From NCBI GenBank assembly GCA_016788025.1, contig JAEUTM010000550.1:1-38612 (forward strand): 38,612 nucleotides of DNA, given 5' to 3'. Origin of the DNA: Bacteroidia bacterium. Lineage in GTDB: Bacteria > Bacteroidota > Bacteroidia > B-17B0 > Aurantibacillaceae. How positions within the stretch are numbered: position 1 is the stretch's first letter; each line of letters starts with the position of its first letter. Below are positions 27,764 through 37,229 of this stretch, one piece after another. The position numbers and the translations under genes are program-made. Under the pieces are notes generated by a model. It worked only from the letters and a program-made list of their open reading frames with translations, did not search any database and was not told the DNA's origin.

Positions 27764-29398
27764 TTATTTTTTTAGAATATTATAAACCAGTGAAATTTTT
27801 AAGCCAGTGTTTCTTTCAAATACATTTGAATGAAAAAAGGTGTTGTCTTTTGTGTCAACCAGACCGTAGAAAAGTTCGGCATTGAATGAAAGATTTGAGA
27901 GCAAGCGGCGACGATAGAACACGCTGGTCTGAACATCAAGGGGGCTGAATCCTTGGGTGTAACCTTTGTCTTTGTAGATGGTGTGCCCATCTGTGGAATT
28001 GATCGTTTGATGATAGGTCTCCACATCCGATTCAACAGTTAAGAGATAGGCAAAATTGCATCCCAACCCAACAATGTTCTTTTGATTGAGTCGATAGTGG
28101 ACTCGTAACGGGGCTAGCAGGTAATGTATTTTGGTAGGTGTAAACACAGTCACGGTACTTTCTTCACCAAGTCCAAGCTGACTTACTTTTGTGACGTGGT
28201 TGCTATAGTTCAGATTGGAAACAGTAGTGTATTGGAGCCCCAGGGATATGGTAAGTTTATTATGTACCGCCTGGAAATAATTAATGCCGACAAATGGGTT
28301 GTATCCGGCGGCGTCTGTATTTCCCGGATTCTTCCAGCCATAAAAATAACTAACACCTGCTTCTATGGAAAGAAAAACAGGTTTCTCTTTAATGTCATAG
28401 GTTAGTTTTGTGGCATGGTCGTTTTCAAGCATAGCGCTGTCAGGGGCAGGCAGAAGAGGGTAAATGCCGACACCTTTTGGTGGTTCTGAACTGGATTTTG
28501 AAGACAATTCCGGATTTTTGACTTCGTTAGCAAGCTCTGGGTTAATCTGAACAGGTTGAATAAGGGTGGAGCGCGGGTTTTGTTCTTCTTTTAATTCTTT
28601 ACTCTCCGATTGTTGAGAGGAATCGTTGTCTGTTAATCCCAACAGTTTTGTACTTGTATTTATTTCTTCTTCCTCACTGGCGCTAACTGTTTCCGGCTCA
28701 GATTTTATTTCTGGTTTAACCTGGGCCAACATTTTGATGTCTGGAGTAACATCTGAATTGTTGTCGGTTACTGAAGTCGCCGGTCTGATCTCTGATTTTG
28801 ATTCCCCGGACTGAATACTAACTGATGCAGTTGTTTGAGTTTGTGCCTCGGTCGTTTTCTCCGGGAAACTTGTAAGTGCAACTTCTTGCTTCGGTTTTGA
28901 TTCTCTGACAGGAGTTGTGTTTTCAGGAATGAGCTTTTCAACGATAGGATCCGCAACGGTTTTTGCAGGGTGTGTATTGTTTGTAATATGTGCCGCTGTT
29001 GTCGTTTCAATGATTGGAGCCGCTTCTTTCTCAGATGATTTTAGAATCGGCTTTGTTTTTGGACGCACATTTGTCTTTTCTCCAGCACTTATACCTGTTT
29101 TTTGAAGATTTTCGTTTTTGACAACATCTTGAGAGCTTCCAGATATGACTCTTTCCACTTTAGGTTTGGCCGCGGTTATTTTTGGACTATCGGAAGGATA
29201 TAAAAGATATGCGCCGGCAATGCCAGCTATAAAAAGCAATAAGGATGAAAGAACTATCGAAGTACCTTTCCACCCCCTGGCGCCCCTGGACGCTTCTATC
29301 ATCTCACTGGCCTTTTCCCAATTAGCTTCATCAAATTCAAATTCTTTTGAATTGACCAAATCGCTTAGCGATTTCTTGAATTTGCCTTCGTTATTCAT
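27764..29398 (-). CDS. Putative anti-sigma factor: short N-terminal domain + TM helix + long low-complexity linker + C-terminal outer-membrane beta-barrel-like domain
   Basis: Overlaps the sigma stop codon. N-terminal F-D-E-x-x-W motif, hydrophobic helix at about aa 45-66, S/T/E/K/P-rich region at about aa 70-335, and alternating beta-strand pattern from about aa 340 (YLLAPL, YGLVD, GLKISLVYNI). Confidence 0.62.
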   Translation of the reverse strand: MNNEGKFKKSLSDLVNSKEFEFDEANWEKASEMIEASRGARGWKGTSIVLSSLLLFIAGIAGAYLLYPSDSPKITAAKPKVERVISGSSQDVVKNENLQKTGISAGEKTNVRPKTKPILKSSEKEAAPIIETTTAAHITNNTHPAKTVADPIVEKLIPENTTPVRESKPKQEVALTSFPEKTTEAQTQTTASVSIQSGESKSEIRPATSVTDNNSDVTPDIKMLAQVKPEIKSEPETVSASEEEEINTSTKLLGLTDNDSSQQSESKELKEEQNPRSTLIQPVQINPELANEVKNPELSSKSSSEPPKGVGIYPLLPAPDSAMLENDHATKLTYDIKEKPVFLSIEAGVSYFYGWKNPGNTDAAGYNPFVGINYFQAVHNKLTISLGLQYTTVSNLNYSNHVTKVSQLGLGEESTVTVFTPTKIHYLLAPLRVHYRLNQKNIVGLGCNFAYLLTVESDVETYHQTINSTDGHTIYKDKGYTQGFSPLDVQTSVFYRRRLLSNLSFNAELFYGLVDTKDNTFFHSNVFERNTGLKISLVYNILKK

Positions 29399-29957
29399 TA
29401 AAAATCAGGTTTACTGGTAAATCAATTTCTCTTAGCATTTCCTTTAACTTCTCCCTTGCGGCATTTAAATGCCACTTGGATGTACCTTCCGTTATGTTTA
29501 GCATCTCAGCTATCTCCTTGTGTTTAAAACCGTCAATGAAATACATATTAAACACCTGCTGACTTGCCGGCGGCAGTTTTGCAATAAATGCGTAAATCTG
29601 GTCAGCGTCTATTTTCAGCACAGCTTTGTTCAGGTCCGCATACGTCTCATTTTCATGATAGCTCTCAACATACTGCATGGTGCTGTAATGTATTTTCTCT
29701 TTTTTGTACTCGTTGATGAGTGTGTTAACCATGATTTTGCGGATCCAGGGTTTGAACGGTACTTCAGGATTGTAACGGTTGAGGCTAGTAAGAATTTTTA
29801 AAAATCCAACGTTTAATACCTCTTTTGCCCGATCCTGGTTCCGGGTATAACGTATACAAATACTCATCAAATAACTGTAGGTGCCTCTATAAAGTTCATA
29901 TTCAGCTTTGCGTTCGCCGTTAATACAAGCAGTTATCAAATTTTGCTGAATATTCAT
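29391..29957 (-). CDS. ECF (sigma-70 group 4) RNA polymerase sigma factor
   Basis: 188 aa. Region 2 (ICIRY...GFLKI...FKPWIRKIMVN) and region 4 (LPPASQQVFNMYFIDGFKHKEIAEMLNITEGTSKWHL). Confidence 0.93.
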   Translation of the reverse strand: MNIQQNLITACINGERKAEYELYRGTYSYLMSICIRYTRNQDRAKEVLNVGFLKILTSLNRYNPEVPFKPWIRKIMVNTLINEYKKEKIHYSTMQYVESYHENETYADLNKAVLKIDADQIYAFIAKLPPASQQVFNMYFIDGFKHKEIAEMLNITEGTSKWHLNAAREKLKEMLREIDLPVNLIFNE

Positions 29958-29980
29958 TACACCGACAGGTTAATTGACTG

Positions 29981-30007
29981 TACAATTAAAACCCCTGAAA
30001 AGTTGGG
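29981..30007 (-). promoter_or_regulatory. Putative ECF autoregulatory promoter, copy 1 (CCCAACT-N16-TGTA)
   Basis: 23 nt upstream of the sigma ATG. AAC-containing -35-like box, as typical for ECF promoters. Duplicated at 23663-23689. Confidence 0.6.
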
Positions 30008-30043
30008 CTTTCCAATGAAAAAACATGGGTTTTTTGCCTTAAT

Positions 30044-30051
30044 CAAATATA
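30044..30051 (-). promoter_or_regulatory. Housekeeping -7 element (TATATTTG) upstream of the ECF operon
   Basis: TAnnTTTG match 36 nt upstream of the putative ECF -35 box. Confidence 0.55.
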
Positions 30052-30159
30052 CAAAAACCGCCCTGTTTTAGACTTGAAAATGAGCGGATTAGCGGTTTTT
30101 TCGAGCGAATTACCCGAAAGGTGGCCGTTTCAAGCTGATTTAACAAATAAAGAGCTCAG

Positions 30160-31422
30160 TTAAAGCTCTTCCAGAATAAGTTTTCTCAGCATGTTTATGG
30201 CCGCGGCCGCGGTCATTACGATATTACGTTGTCTGTTATCTCCAAAGAGGAATTTCTGAGAAATGACTTTTTTGCGATTGGCCACAGCTACCCAAACCGT
30301 TCCTACAGGTTTTTCTGCGGTGCCTCCACCAGGTCCTGCAATACCGGAAATGGCAATGCTGTAGTCAGAATCGAATTTTTGCATCACGTGAGGAGCCAGT
30401 TGCTCTACAACTTCACGGCTCACCGATCCCACAGTGGTAAAAAGTTTTTCATCAACCTGTAAAAGCGTATGCTTCGACAAGTTTGTATATGGCACTATTG
30501 CACCTTTAAAAATTTCGGACGCCCCCGGAATTGCTGTGAAAAGTGAGGAGATATACCCTCCTGTGCAACTTTCCGCCAGTGCCAGAGTTTGTTTGCGCTC
30601 TCTTAAAATATCACTAACTACTTTTTCAAGACTTGGAGGCTCCTGGCCATACTCTTCGTAGGCAAAAATAAATTTTCCGATTAAGCTTTTCAAAGACTCG
30701 ATTTCCTGACCAATGGAATTTTTCAGATTTTCGAAATTATCTCCCGATCCTGAAAGCCTCAAACGCACCATGCCTGGCTGCGGCAGATAGGCGAGCTTAA
30801 TATTCTTTGCTGCGAGACTGTCTTCCCATGACCCCACCATTTCAGCAATTACACTTTCTCCAATTCCCTGCGTTAAAACAGATTTATGGTAAATAAATGG
30901 GAGAGTGTTTTCTTTTTTTATTTTCGGCAGTATGGTATCCGTTACCATGGCTTTCATTTCGTAAGGAACTCCGGGCATACTGATAAATACGGTATTGTTT
31001 TTTTTCATCCACATGCCTGGCGCAGTTCCGTTCCTGTTCGGGATAACCGTGCATCCCTTTGGCACAAAAGCCTGCTGGCGATTCACCTCACTTAACACGC
31101 GCCCTCGTTTTGTAAAAAAGCTATCCACCTGTGCGAGTACATCTTCATTCAACTCCAGTTCAGCGCCAAAATAATCTGCAAATACTTTTTTGGTTACATC
31201 GTCTTTTGTTGGGCCCAGCCCCCCGGTGATAAAAACAAAATCAGCGCGCTCCATAGCGTCGTCAAAGGCCTTCCGGATTGCATCACTTTCGTCAGAAACA
31301 CTAGCCATGTGAACGACTTTTACTCCTATAAAATTTAATTGTTGGGCAATCCAAACACTGTTGGTGTTGGTAATTTGTCCGATCAGAATTTCATCTCCGA
31401 TCGTCAGGATCTCTGCTTTCAT
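30160..31422 (-). CDS. cinA: Competence/damage-inducible protein A (MocF-like domain + PncC NMN deamidase domain)
   Basis: IGDEILIGQITNTN, TGGLGPTKDD, GTAPG, PGVPYEM, AESCTGG and SGIAGPGGG...KPVGTV. Confidence 0.93.
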   Translation of the reverse strand: MKAEILTIGDEILIGQITNTNSVWIAQQLNFIGVKVVHMASVSDESDAIRKAFDDAMERADFVFITGGLGPTKDDVTKKVFADYFGAELELNEDVLAQVDSFFTKRGRVLSEVNRQQAFVPKGCTVIPNRNGTAPGMWMKKNNTVFISMPGVPYEMKAMVTDTILPKIKKENTLPFIYHKSVLTQGIGESVIAEMVGSWEDSLAAKNIKLAYLPQPGMVRLRLSGSGDNFENLKNSIGQEIESLKSLIGKFIFAYEEYGQEPPSLEKVVSDILRERKQTLALAESCTGGYISSLFTAIPGASEIFKGAIVPYTNLSKHTLLQVDEKLFTTVGSVSREVVEQLAPHVMQKFDSDYSIAISGIAGPGGGTAEKPVGTVWVAVANRKKVISQKFLFGDNRQRNIVMTAAAAINMLRKLILEEL

Positions 31423-31477
31423 AATTGCTTAAAGATGTGCGAAATTACACAATAAACGTTGTCTTTTGGGAATAATT

Positions 31478-33013
31478 CTACAGGCTTTCTGCAGCCCGCA
31501 TGGTGGCCATGAACCAATGGTTTGGTAAAGTGTTCTTCTTTACCAGGAATAAGCCATAGTCGTCTAATTTTTCTAATTGCAAATCCTTTCTCCCGGCAAG
31601 TTTTTTATCGAGATTATAATCTGTTGAAATGTAAAGGAAGCTCTCGAAGACCTTATTCTTATTTGGTTCGCGCACATAGTAGCGTCTCTCTGAGTTTGTT
31701 TCTTCTGTATTCGGAAAATCTGGATATATAGCTGGCCCCCCATAATCAAGATAAGTACTTAACCAAAAACCATTCGAGATTATAAGTCGATCCAGATGAT
31801 ATTTTTCGCAGACCGCTTTGTATCCTTCGGCGGATTTTTTGATCTCCTTCAATGAAACCAGATGCACTCCAAGCCAATGGCTTTGTTCTGTATGGTAGTT
31901 AATGTTATCATTAAACCAAAGCAGTTTATAACCGGAAAAAAGCAAGCTCACTACTGTAACAGTTGAGATAAACATTTTTGAAAGCTTTAGGCGTGCACAG
32001 ATTAATCCAATGATTAGGGGAATACCAAGATACATGCGACTGAAAGAATAAAAGGGCCAGGCAGCTCCGTCGCGTACCTTGCCAGAAAGAAAGGAAAACA
32101 GAATCATAAAAATTAAACTCAGGAATGTGAAGAATAATATCTTTTCTTTTTTGAATGTAACCCACGCAAGAAAAGCAAAAACCAAGAGCAGGCACCAACA
32201 TTTGTCTTCCATAAAAAAATTAATGTGTTGGAATGCCTGGTCGAGATGCCTTAAATTTTCCAATAAATACGCAGGTGAAATAGCATAAACCAGTTCAAAG
32301 ATCACATATTCAGGATGGTTTTTATAGAATTGGTTAAACAAGAGATGGAGTGGAATTACCAAAAGCAAACAACTAAACATTGCATAGTAGTAAGCCTTCT
32401 CCTTATAGTTATTGAGGAAAAGAAACATGGCAAAGGGGAAGCTAACGATGAGCGAATTCGGGTTTACAAAATAGCCTACAATGCACATCAACGTATTTAA
32501 AACAGCAAACCTGAAGGAATGCGGATTGAGAAAACTAAGTATGTAAAAACTGCAAAAGAAAAGACCTGTCACAAAACCTCGCGGTAAACTGTTTAGAATG
32601 TCGTAACCAGACGGAAGGCACAGTACCAGCGCTAAAACAAGCAGAGCGTTTTCCTTTTTCTGATTCCTGAAAAGATAAATTGACGTAAATAAAAAAGGAA
32701 AGAGGTATATAAAATGGGTGGCTATGGGAACGGCATAATAAACCGGAAAGCCGAGCCAAAGAAGGGGTACAGCAAAAAGACCTTCCATAAACGTATTGTA
32801 GTCCTGGCCGTAAAATCGCGGTTCGTAAAACAAGAGCTTAGAATAATCTACAGCACCAATCCAAACGAAGGGTTGATCGGAATCGATAAAATTAATGTTG
32901 ATGCTAAAAAATAAAAGGATGCGGATGGTAAGGATGATGCAAAGGCATAAAAAGAAAGAAAGATTAATAATAAAATCCTTCTTATTTTCTTTTATAAGAA
33001 CTTGTTCCACCAT
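31478..33013 (-). CDS. Multi-pass membrane protein, possible GT-C fold glycosyltransferase
   Basis: About 10-11 hydrophobic segments, an acidic DSDQ and FYGQDY loop after TM1, RMY after the late TMs, and a soluble C-terminal domain. Confidence 0.5.
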   Translation of the reverse strand: MVEQVLIKENKKDFIINLSFFLCLCIILTIRILLFFSININFIDSDQPFVWIGAVDYSKLLFYEPRFYGQDYNTFMEGLFAVPLLWLGFPVYYAVPIATHFIYLFPFLFTSIYLFRNQKKENALLVLALVLCLPSGYDILNSLPRGFVTGLFFCSFYILSFLNPHSFRFAVLNTLMCIVGYFVNPNSLIVSFPFAMFLFLNNYKEKAYYYAMFSCLLLVIPLHLLFNQFYKNHPEYVIFELVYAISPAYLLENLRHLDQAFQHINFFMEDKCWCLLLVFAFLAWVTFKKEKILFFTFLSLIFMILFSFLSGKVRDGAAWPFYSFSRMYLGIPLIIGLICARLKLSKMFISTVTVVSLLFSGYKLLWFNDNINYHTEQSHWLGVHLVSLKEIKKSAEGYKAVCEKYHLDRLIISNGFWLSTYLDYGGPAIYPDFPNTEETNSERRYYVREPNKNKVFESFLYISTDYNLDKKLAGRKDLQLEKLDDYGLFLVKKNTLPNHWFMATMRAAESL

Positions 33014-33019
33014 GTTTGT

Positions 33020-34861
33020 TTAAGCCCATTTTTCCAGACTTGCTCCTTTTTTAAAAAAACGTTCGATGTTTTTTTCTGTTGCGGGATCTAATTTCAATTC
33101 AGGTGCATGATGAGGTTTTTTTCTCGCGTCAACAATCATCGGTCCTTTACAACCCCAGTGTTTATTTTCTACGAATTCCCCAACACCATAAATATCGTGG
33201 CTCGGATTACTTCTTGTATAGGTTACCCAAACATAATCTCTGAATACATCGCCAGCAGCATTAAAAATAAAATCATCGTAAATTACAATCTGTGCAATTC
33301 CTTCCACCAGGTCAGATTGTTTTTCGAGCCATTGAGAAAGAGATGCTATTTCTTCCTTTGCTTTTTGATAATCGGAGAATTTATTGATATTCAGAGCCAA
33401 AACGCCAGGTATCAACATCAGCGGGTTATTCACCGAAGTGTACTGTTTAATGTTTTCAGGAAGACTGGTTCTCAGCGTGCGGATTTTTTCTCCATAGGCT
33501 GAAAGCACTAATTTACTTCCTTCGTTGATACTGTCACCGCTGTAGTCTAAGGTGTCTATTGTGGTTTTTGTATAAAAATGAAGATCGCGACTGAAATCGA
33601 GACGTTCAAAAACGTATTTGAAAAAATCTGCAGCATGATGGCAGTTTAAGGTGCCGCTATCGTCCGCGGCAATAAACAAATATTTGGCAAGGCTAAGCTG
33701 GCCAGTGCCCAGGATACGATTGGCCTGTGTAAGAATTTCAGCCGGTCGTTTAGATTTAAGATAAGGCGTGTAGCGTTCGCTGCCCACCGCCAATAAAAGC
33801 GGATGCACCCCTGCTGCGTCGACAGCATGCACTTCTTTTACACCGGGAATTTCGTTAGGAATGGCACTACCACTTAGCTCATGGATCAGGGCTCCGAAAG
33901 CAGTGTCTTCCTGCGGAGGTCTTCCAACAACGGTGAAAGGCCAAACAGCATTTTCTTTTGCATACACCTTATGCACTTTCATCAAAGGAAATGGATGTTT
34001 GAGGCTGTAATACCCCAAATGATCACCGAAAGGACCTTCGGGTTTATTGTCGTTAGGATAAACCTCCCCGGTAATTACAAAATCTGCATCCAGTGAAATA
34101 CAATAGCCATCCTGGTAACAATAACGAAAGCGGCGTCCACCAAGTGCTCCGGCAAAGGTGAGTTCGCTGAGTCCTTCAGGCAGAGGCATCACTGCGGCCA
34201 AGGTGTGTGATGGAGGGCCACCCACAAAGACGCTTACTTTTAAGGGAATATTTTTTTTATTGGTCTTATTCTGGTGGACGCCAATGCCACGATGAATCTG
34301 GTAATGTAATCCGATTTCCTTATTTAAAACATAATCATTCCCGGTTAACTGGACGCGATACATCCCCAGATTCGATGCCATCACACCGGGTTTATCGATG
34401 TCTTCCGTATAAACCTGCGGCAGTGTCACAAAAGCACCTCCATCCATTGGCCAGTGTTTAACAAGAGGAAGTTCTGAAATTGAGATTTCTTTAAAATTGC
34501 CAGATGAAAGAGAGTTTTTTTTTGGTAAAGCTTTCAGTGCAGACAATCCTGTAGAGATATAACTCAGTGGTTTTTTAATTGCCGCCATTGGATTATTTCT
34601 CAGCTGAACCAGGTTCTGCATACTGATAAATGTATCCCTGAACATAAATTTGCTGCGCTCGAGCGTACCGAACAAATTACTTACAGCCTGGAATCTGCTT
34701 CCTTTTACCTTTTCAAATAAAATAGCGGGACCTTTCTTTTCGAACATTTTAAGATGAAGAGCTGCCATTTCGAGATTTGGATCGACTTCTTCCTTTACCC
34801 GAACCAGATGTCCGTTTCGTTCCAGGTCATCCAGGCATTCTTTCAGGTTTTTATACTTCAT
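33020..34861 (-). CDS. UbiD-family (prFMN-dependent) decarboxylase
   Basis: SNLFGT, WPMDGGAFVTLP, NLGMYRVQ, PEGPFGDHLGYY, TVVGRPPQED and IDTLDYSG. Confidence 0.9.
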   Translation of the reverse strand: MKYKNLKECLDDLERNGHLVRVKEEVDPNLEMAALHLKMFEKKGPAILFEKVKGSRFQAVSNLFGTLERSKFMFRDTFISMQNLVQLRNNPMAAIKKPLSYISTGLSALKALPKKNSLSSGNFKEISISELPLVKHWPMDGGAFVTLPQVYTEDIDKPGVMASNLGMYRVQLTGNDYVLNKEIGLHYQIHRGIGVHQNKTNKKNIPLKVSVFVGGPPSHTLAAVMPLPEGLSELTFAGALGGRRFRYCYQDGYCISLDADFVITGEVYPNDNKPEGPFGDHLGYYSLKHPFPLMKVHKVYAKENAVWPFTVVGRPPQEDTAFGALIHELSGSAIPNEIPGVKEVHAVDAAGVHPLLLAVGSERYTPYLKSKRPAEILTQANRILGTGQLSLAKYLFIAADDSGTLNCHHAADFFKYVFERLDFSRDLHFYTKTTIDTLDYSGDSINEGSKLVLSAYGEKIRTLRTSLPENIKQYTSVNNPLMLIPGVLALNINKFSDYQKAKEEIASLSQWLEKQSDLVEGIAQIVIYDDFIFNAAGDVFRDYVWVTYTRSNPSHDIYGVGEFVENKHWGCKGPMIVDARKKPHHAPELKLDPATEKNIERFFKKGASLEKWA

Positions 34862-34876
34862 AATCAGTGCCGGTGT

Positions 34877-35917
34877 TTACAGGTACGAATATAGTTTTGT
34901 TTTCTGGAACCGCTTATAAAATCCAGGAGTTTTTGGATTAAAGCGCCAGCCGAGAATGACGCCACCACCCAGCGAGCGGTTTCGGGCTCCAACAAACGAA
35001 CTATAATACCATGCAAAATCATTCCTGGAAAAGAACATAATGTAACAACGTTTAAAATTCAAACCAATAGAGCCTCTTAATTCGCCGGAGACAGAAAAAT
35101 AGGAGAGCCGTGTAGTGCCATCACCGAAATAGGAATACTTGCGCCACTGTTGCTCAGGACCAACGATAAACATTACCTGCATGATAAAAGCCCGCCACCA
35201 CACGATGTTTACAGCCGCGCCGGCATTTAAAGAAATACCGAAAACACCAAGGCTGTTCATATAGGCATAATCGCCGTAATATTTTCGGGTTGTAAGCGGA
35301 AAAAAGGAGGTATCGTTGTAAATGTAATTGTAGTTTACATTGGCACTGAGGATCCAGGTAGAAGCGGTTTTTACCTGCCTGTAGTTGCAGGTACTTCCCG
35401 CCTTTATAGAGAATTTTTTATGATTGGTGAAGTAAAGAAATTTAGAACGAAAAAGGATATTGGTAAAATCGGGCTGGAAATTATACTTACCCGTTTCCTT
35501 AAATGTGGAGTCATAGTTTGAGGTGTTACGGTCGTAAAAACCTTTAAAAGAACGGAATGAGTTTTCCATCATCCAGCGATTGCTGCCATAATTAAAGACA
35601 AATGCATAGCTCTTGGTATTGCCTTTTCCTTCGCTCCCTTTTTTAGGATTAGATTTTAAACTGAATGCAAGGCTGAATTTATCATACACAATCTCAAGAC
35701 CAGTAAACTCCCTTGATTCAGCATAGTAATTGTGTTTAGAAATCCCAGTACTGTCAGGTGTAATGGTTTGCTCAAACTGGTTATTAAAGTCGCGGTGCGA
35801 TTGAAAAATCCCTATGATTAAGCTCGACTTAAATTTATGATATTTCGTGGTGTCCCAACCCGCACTTTGCGACCACAAAGTCCCGCTGAAAAGCAGCAAT
35901 GCAAGGAGGGCTCTCAT
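34877..35917 (-). CDS. Exported, probable outer-membrane beta-barrel protein (DUF4421-like)
   Basis: Signal peptide (WSQ), FKGFY, YFTNHKKFS and Q-x-KTASTW, with aromatic-rich amphipathic strands. Confidence 0.6.
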   Translation of the reverse strand: MRALLALLLFSGTLWSQSAGWDTTKYHKFKSSLIIGIFQSHRDFNNQFEQTITPDSTGISKHNYYAESREFTGLEIVYDKFSLAFSLKSNPKKGSEGKGNTKSYAFVFNYGSNRWMMENSFRSFKGFYDRNTSNYDSTFKETGKYNFQPDFTNILFRSKFLYFTNHKKFSIKAGSTCNYRQVKTASTWILSANVNYNYIYNDTSFFPLTTRKYYGDYAYMNSLGVFGISLNAGAAVNIVWWRAFIMQVMFIVGPEQQWRKYSYFGDGTTRLSYFSVSGELRGSIGLNFKRCYIMFFSRNDFAWYYSSFVGARNRSLGGGVILGWRFNPKTPGFYKRFQKTKLYSYL

Positions 35918-35955
35918 TTTTTGTTTAGTTTTGTGAAGGTATTAAAATTTATCGT

Positions 35956-36855
35956 ATGCTATATTTTTTGCAGGAAGACGGAGCCCCTAAAAGACTTGCG
36001 CCGGCAGTTGGAGTTATTAAGGAACAATTAAAAGAAAAGGAGGATAAAATAACGGAATATGTAGACAAGCTGATTGATAGTATTGTGGCATATGCACCAA
36101 ATTTTGTATCAGCAATGTTGGTATTGCTTATCGGTATGTGGCTGATCAAACGTATAGCCATTCTTGCACAAAAATCAATGGCTAAACGCGATATAGACGT
36201 TAGCTTACGTACCTTCCTGCGCAGTCTTATCAGCATTGGGTTAAAAATTATTCTGATTGTAACGGTAGCCGGTATGCTTGGAATTGGAACGGCCAGTTTT
36301 GTAACAATCCTTGGAGCTGCCGGCCTGGCTGTTGGCCTGGCTTTACAGGGTTCTCTTTCGAATTTCGCCGGCGGAGTTCTGATCCTCATCTTTAAACCTT
36401 TCCGCGTTGGCGATTCCATAGAGGCAGCAGGGCAATCCGGCGAGGTGTTGGAAATCCAGATCTTTAATACAGTCCTGTTAACCGGAGATCACAGAACAGT
36501 GATATTGCCTAACGGTCAGTTGTCGAATGGTACAATAATCAATAACACGCGACATGGAGATCTAAGACTGGATATTTCTTTAAGTGTAAGTGGCGATTCC
36601 GATCTTGAAAAAGTAAGCGAGGTTATTGAACGTGTACTTGCTAATGACGATAGAATTTTGAAAGAACCAAAACCTGGCGTTTTTATCGGAAAAGGTGTTG
36701 ATGGTGGCATCGCCGTGAATGTAAAGCCTTACTGTCTCCCTTCTGTTGCCGGCGACCTTACCAGTGATCTTTACAAAGACTTTAAATTGAAGTTCGAAAG
36801 CAACGGGATTAAATCTGCCACTCCGGAGCGTATCATCAGAACCATAAACGCATAA
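35956..36855 (+). CDS. mscS: Small-conductance mechanosensitive channel
   Basis: GAAGLAVGLALQGSLSNFAGG, KPFRVGD and VILPNG. A TAGTTTTG -7-like element lies at 35926-35933. Confidence 0.9.
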   Translation: MLYFLQEDGAPKRLAPAVGVIKEQLKEKEDKITEYVDKLIDSIVAYAPNFVSAMLVLLIGMWLIKRIAILAQKSMAKRDIDVSLRTFLRSLISIGLKIILIVTVAGMLGIGTASFVTILGAAGLAVGLALQGSLSNFAGGVLILIFKPFRVGDSIEAAGQSGEVLEIQIFNTVLLTGDHRTVILPNGQLSNGTIINNTRHGDLRLDISLSVSGDSDLEKVSEVIERVLANDDRILKEPKPGVFIGKGVDGGIAVNVKPYCLPSVAGDLTSDLYKDFKLKFESNGIKSATPERIIRTINA

Positions 36856-36857
36856 CT

Positions 36858-37184
36858 ATGAAAATTTCAGAAGCGCAGCAGCTTGTAGACAAATGGATTA
36901 AAGAGTACGGTGTTCGTTATTTTAATGAACTCACAAACACTGCCATGCTAATGGAGGAAGTGGGAGAGGTAGCTAGAATTATGGCACGGCGTTATGGCGA
37001 GCAAAGTGAAAAGGAAAGTGATAAACAGAAAAAACTTGACGACGAGTTGGCGGATGTTTTGTTTGTACTGATCTGTATCGCAAATCAAACGGGAATTGAT
37101 CTTGAAGAATCCCTCAAAAAGAATATTGATAAAAAAACGGGTCGCGATAAAGACCGGCATTTGAAAAACGAAAAGTTGAAGTAG
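36858..37184 (+). CDS. MazG-like nucleotide pyrophosphohydrolase (YpjD-like)
   Basis: LMEEVGEVAR...DELADVLFVLICIANQTGIDL and RDKDRH. Confidence 0.9.
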   Translation: MKISEAQQLVDKWIKEYGVRYFNELTNTAMLMEEVGEVARIMARRYGEQSEKESDKQKKLDDELADVLFVLICIANQTGIDLEESLKKNIDKKTGRDKDRHLKNEKLK

Positions 37185-37229
37185 AGCCACAGAAAATTCG
37201 TATCTTCCCATATTCTATTTAAAACTCAA

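Noticed and set aside
30053-30100. AAAAACCGC...GCGGTTTTT inverted repeat downstream of cinA
   Set aside because: Only 4 GC pairs and a 30-nt loop, too weak to call as a terminator.
36858-37184. MazG-like protein as a toxin-antitoxin or defence component
   Set aside because: Looks like the ordinary stand-alone YpjD-type house-cleaning enzyme, with no partner gene.
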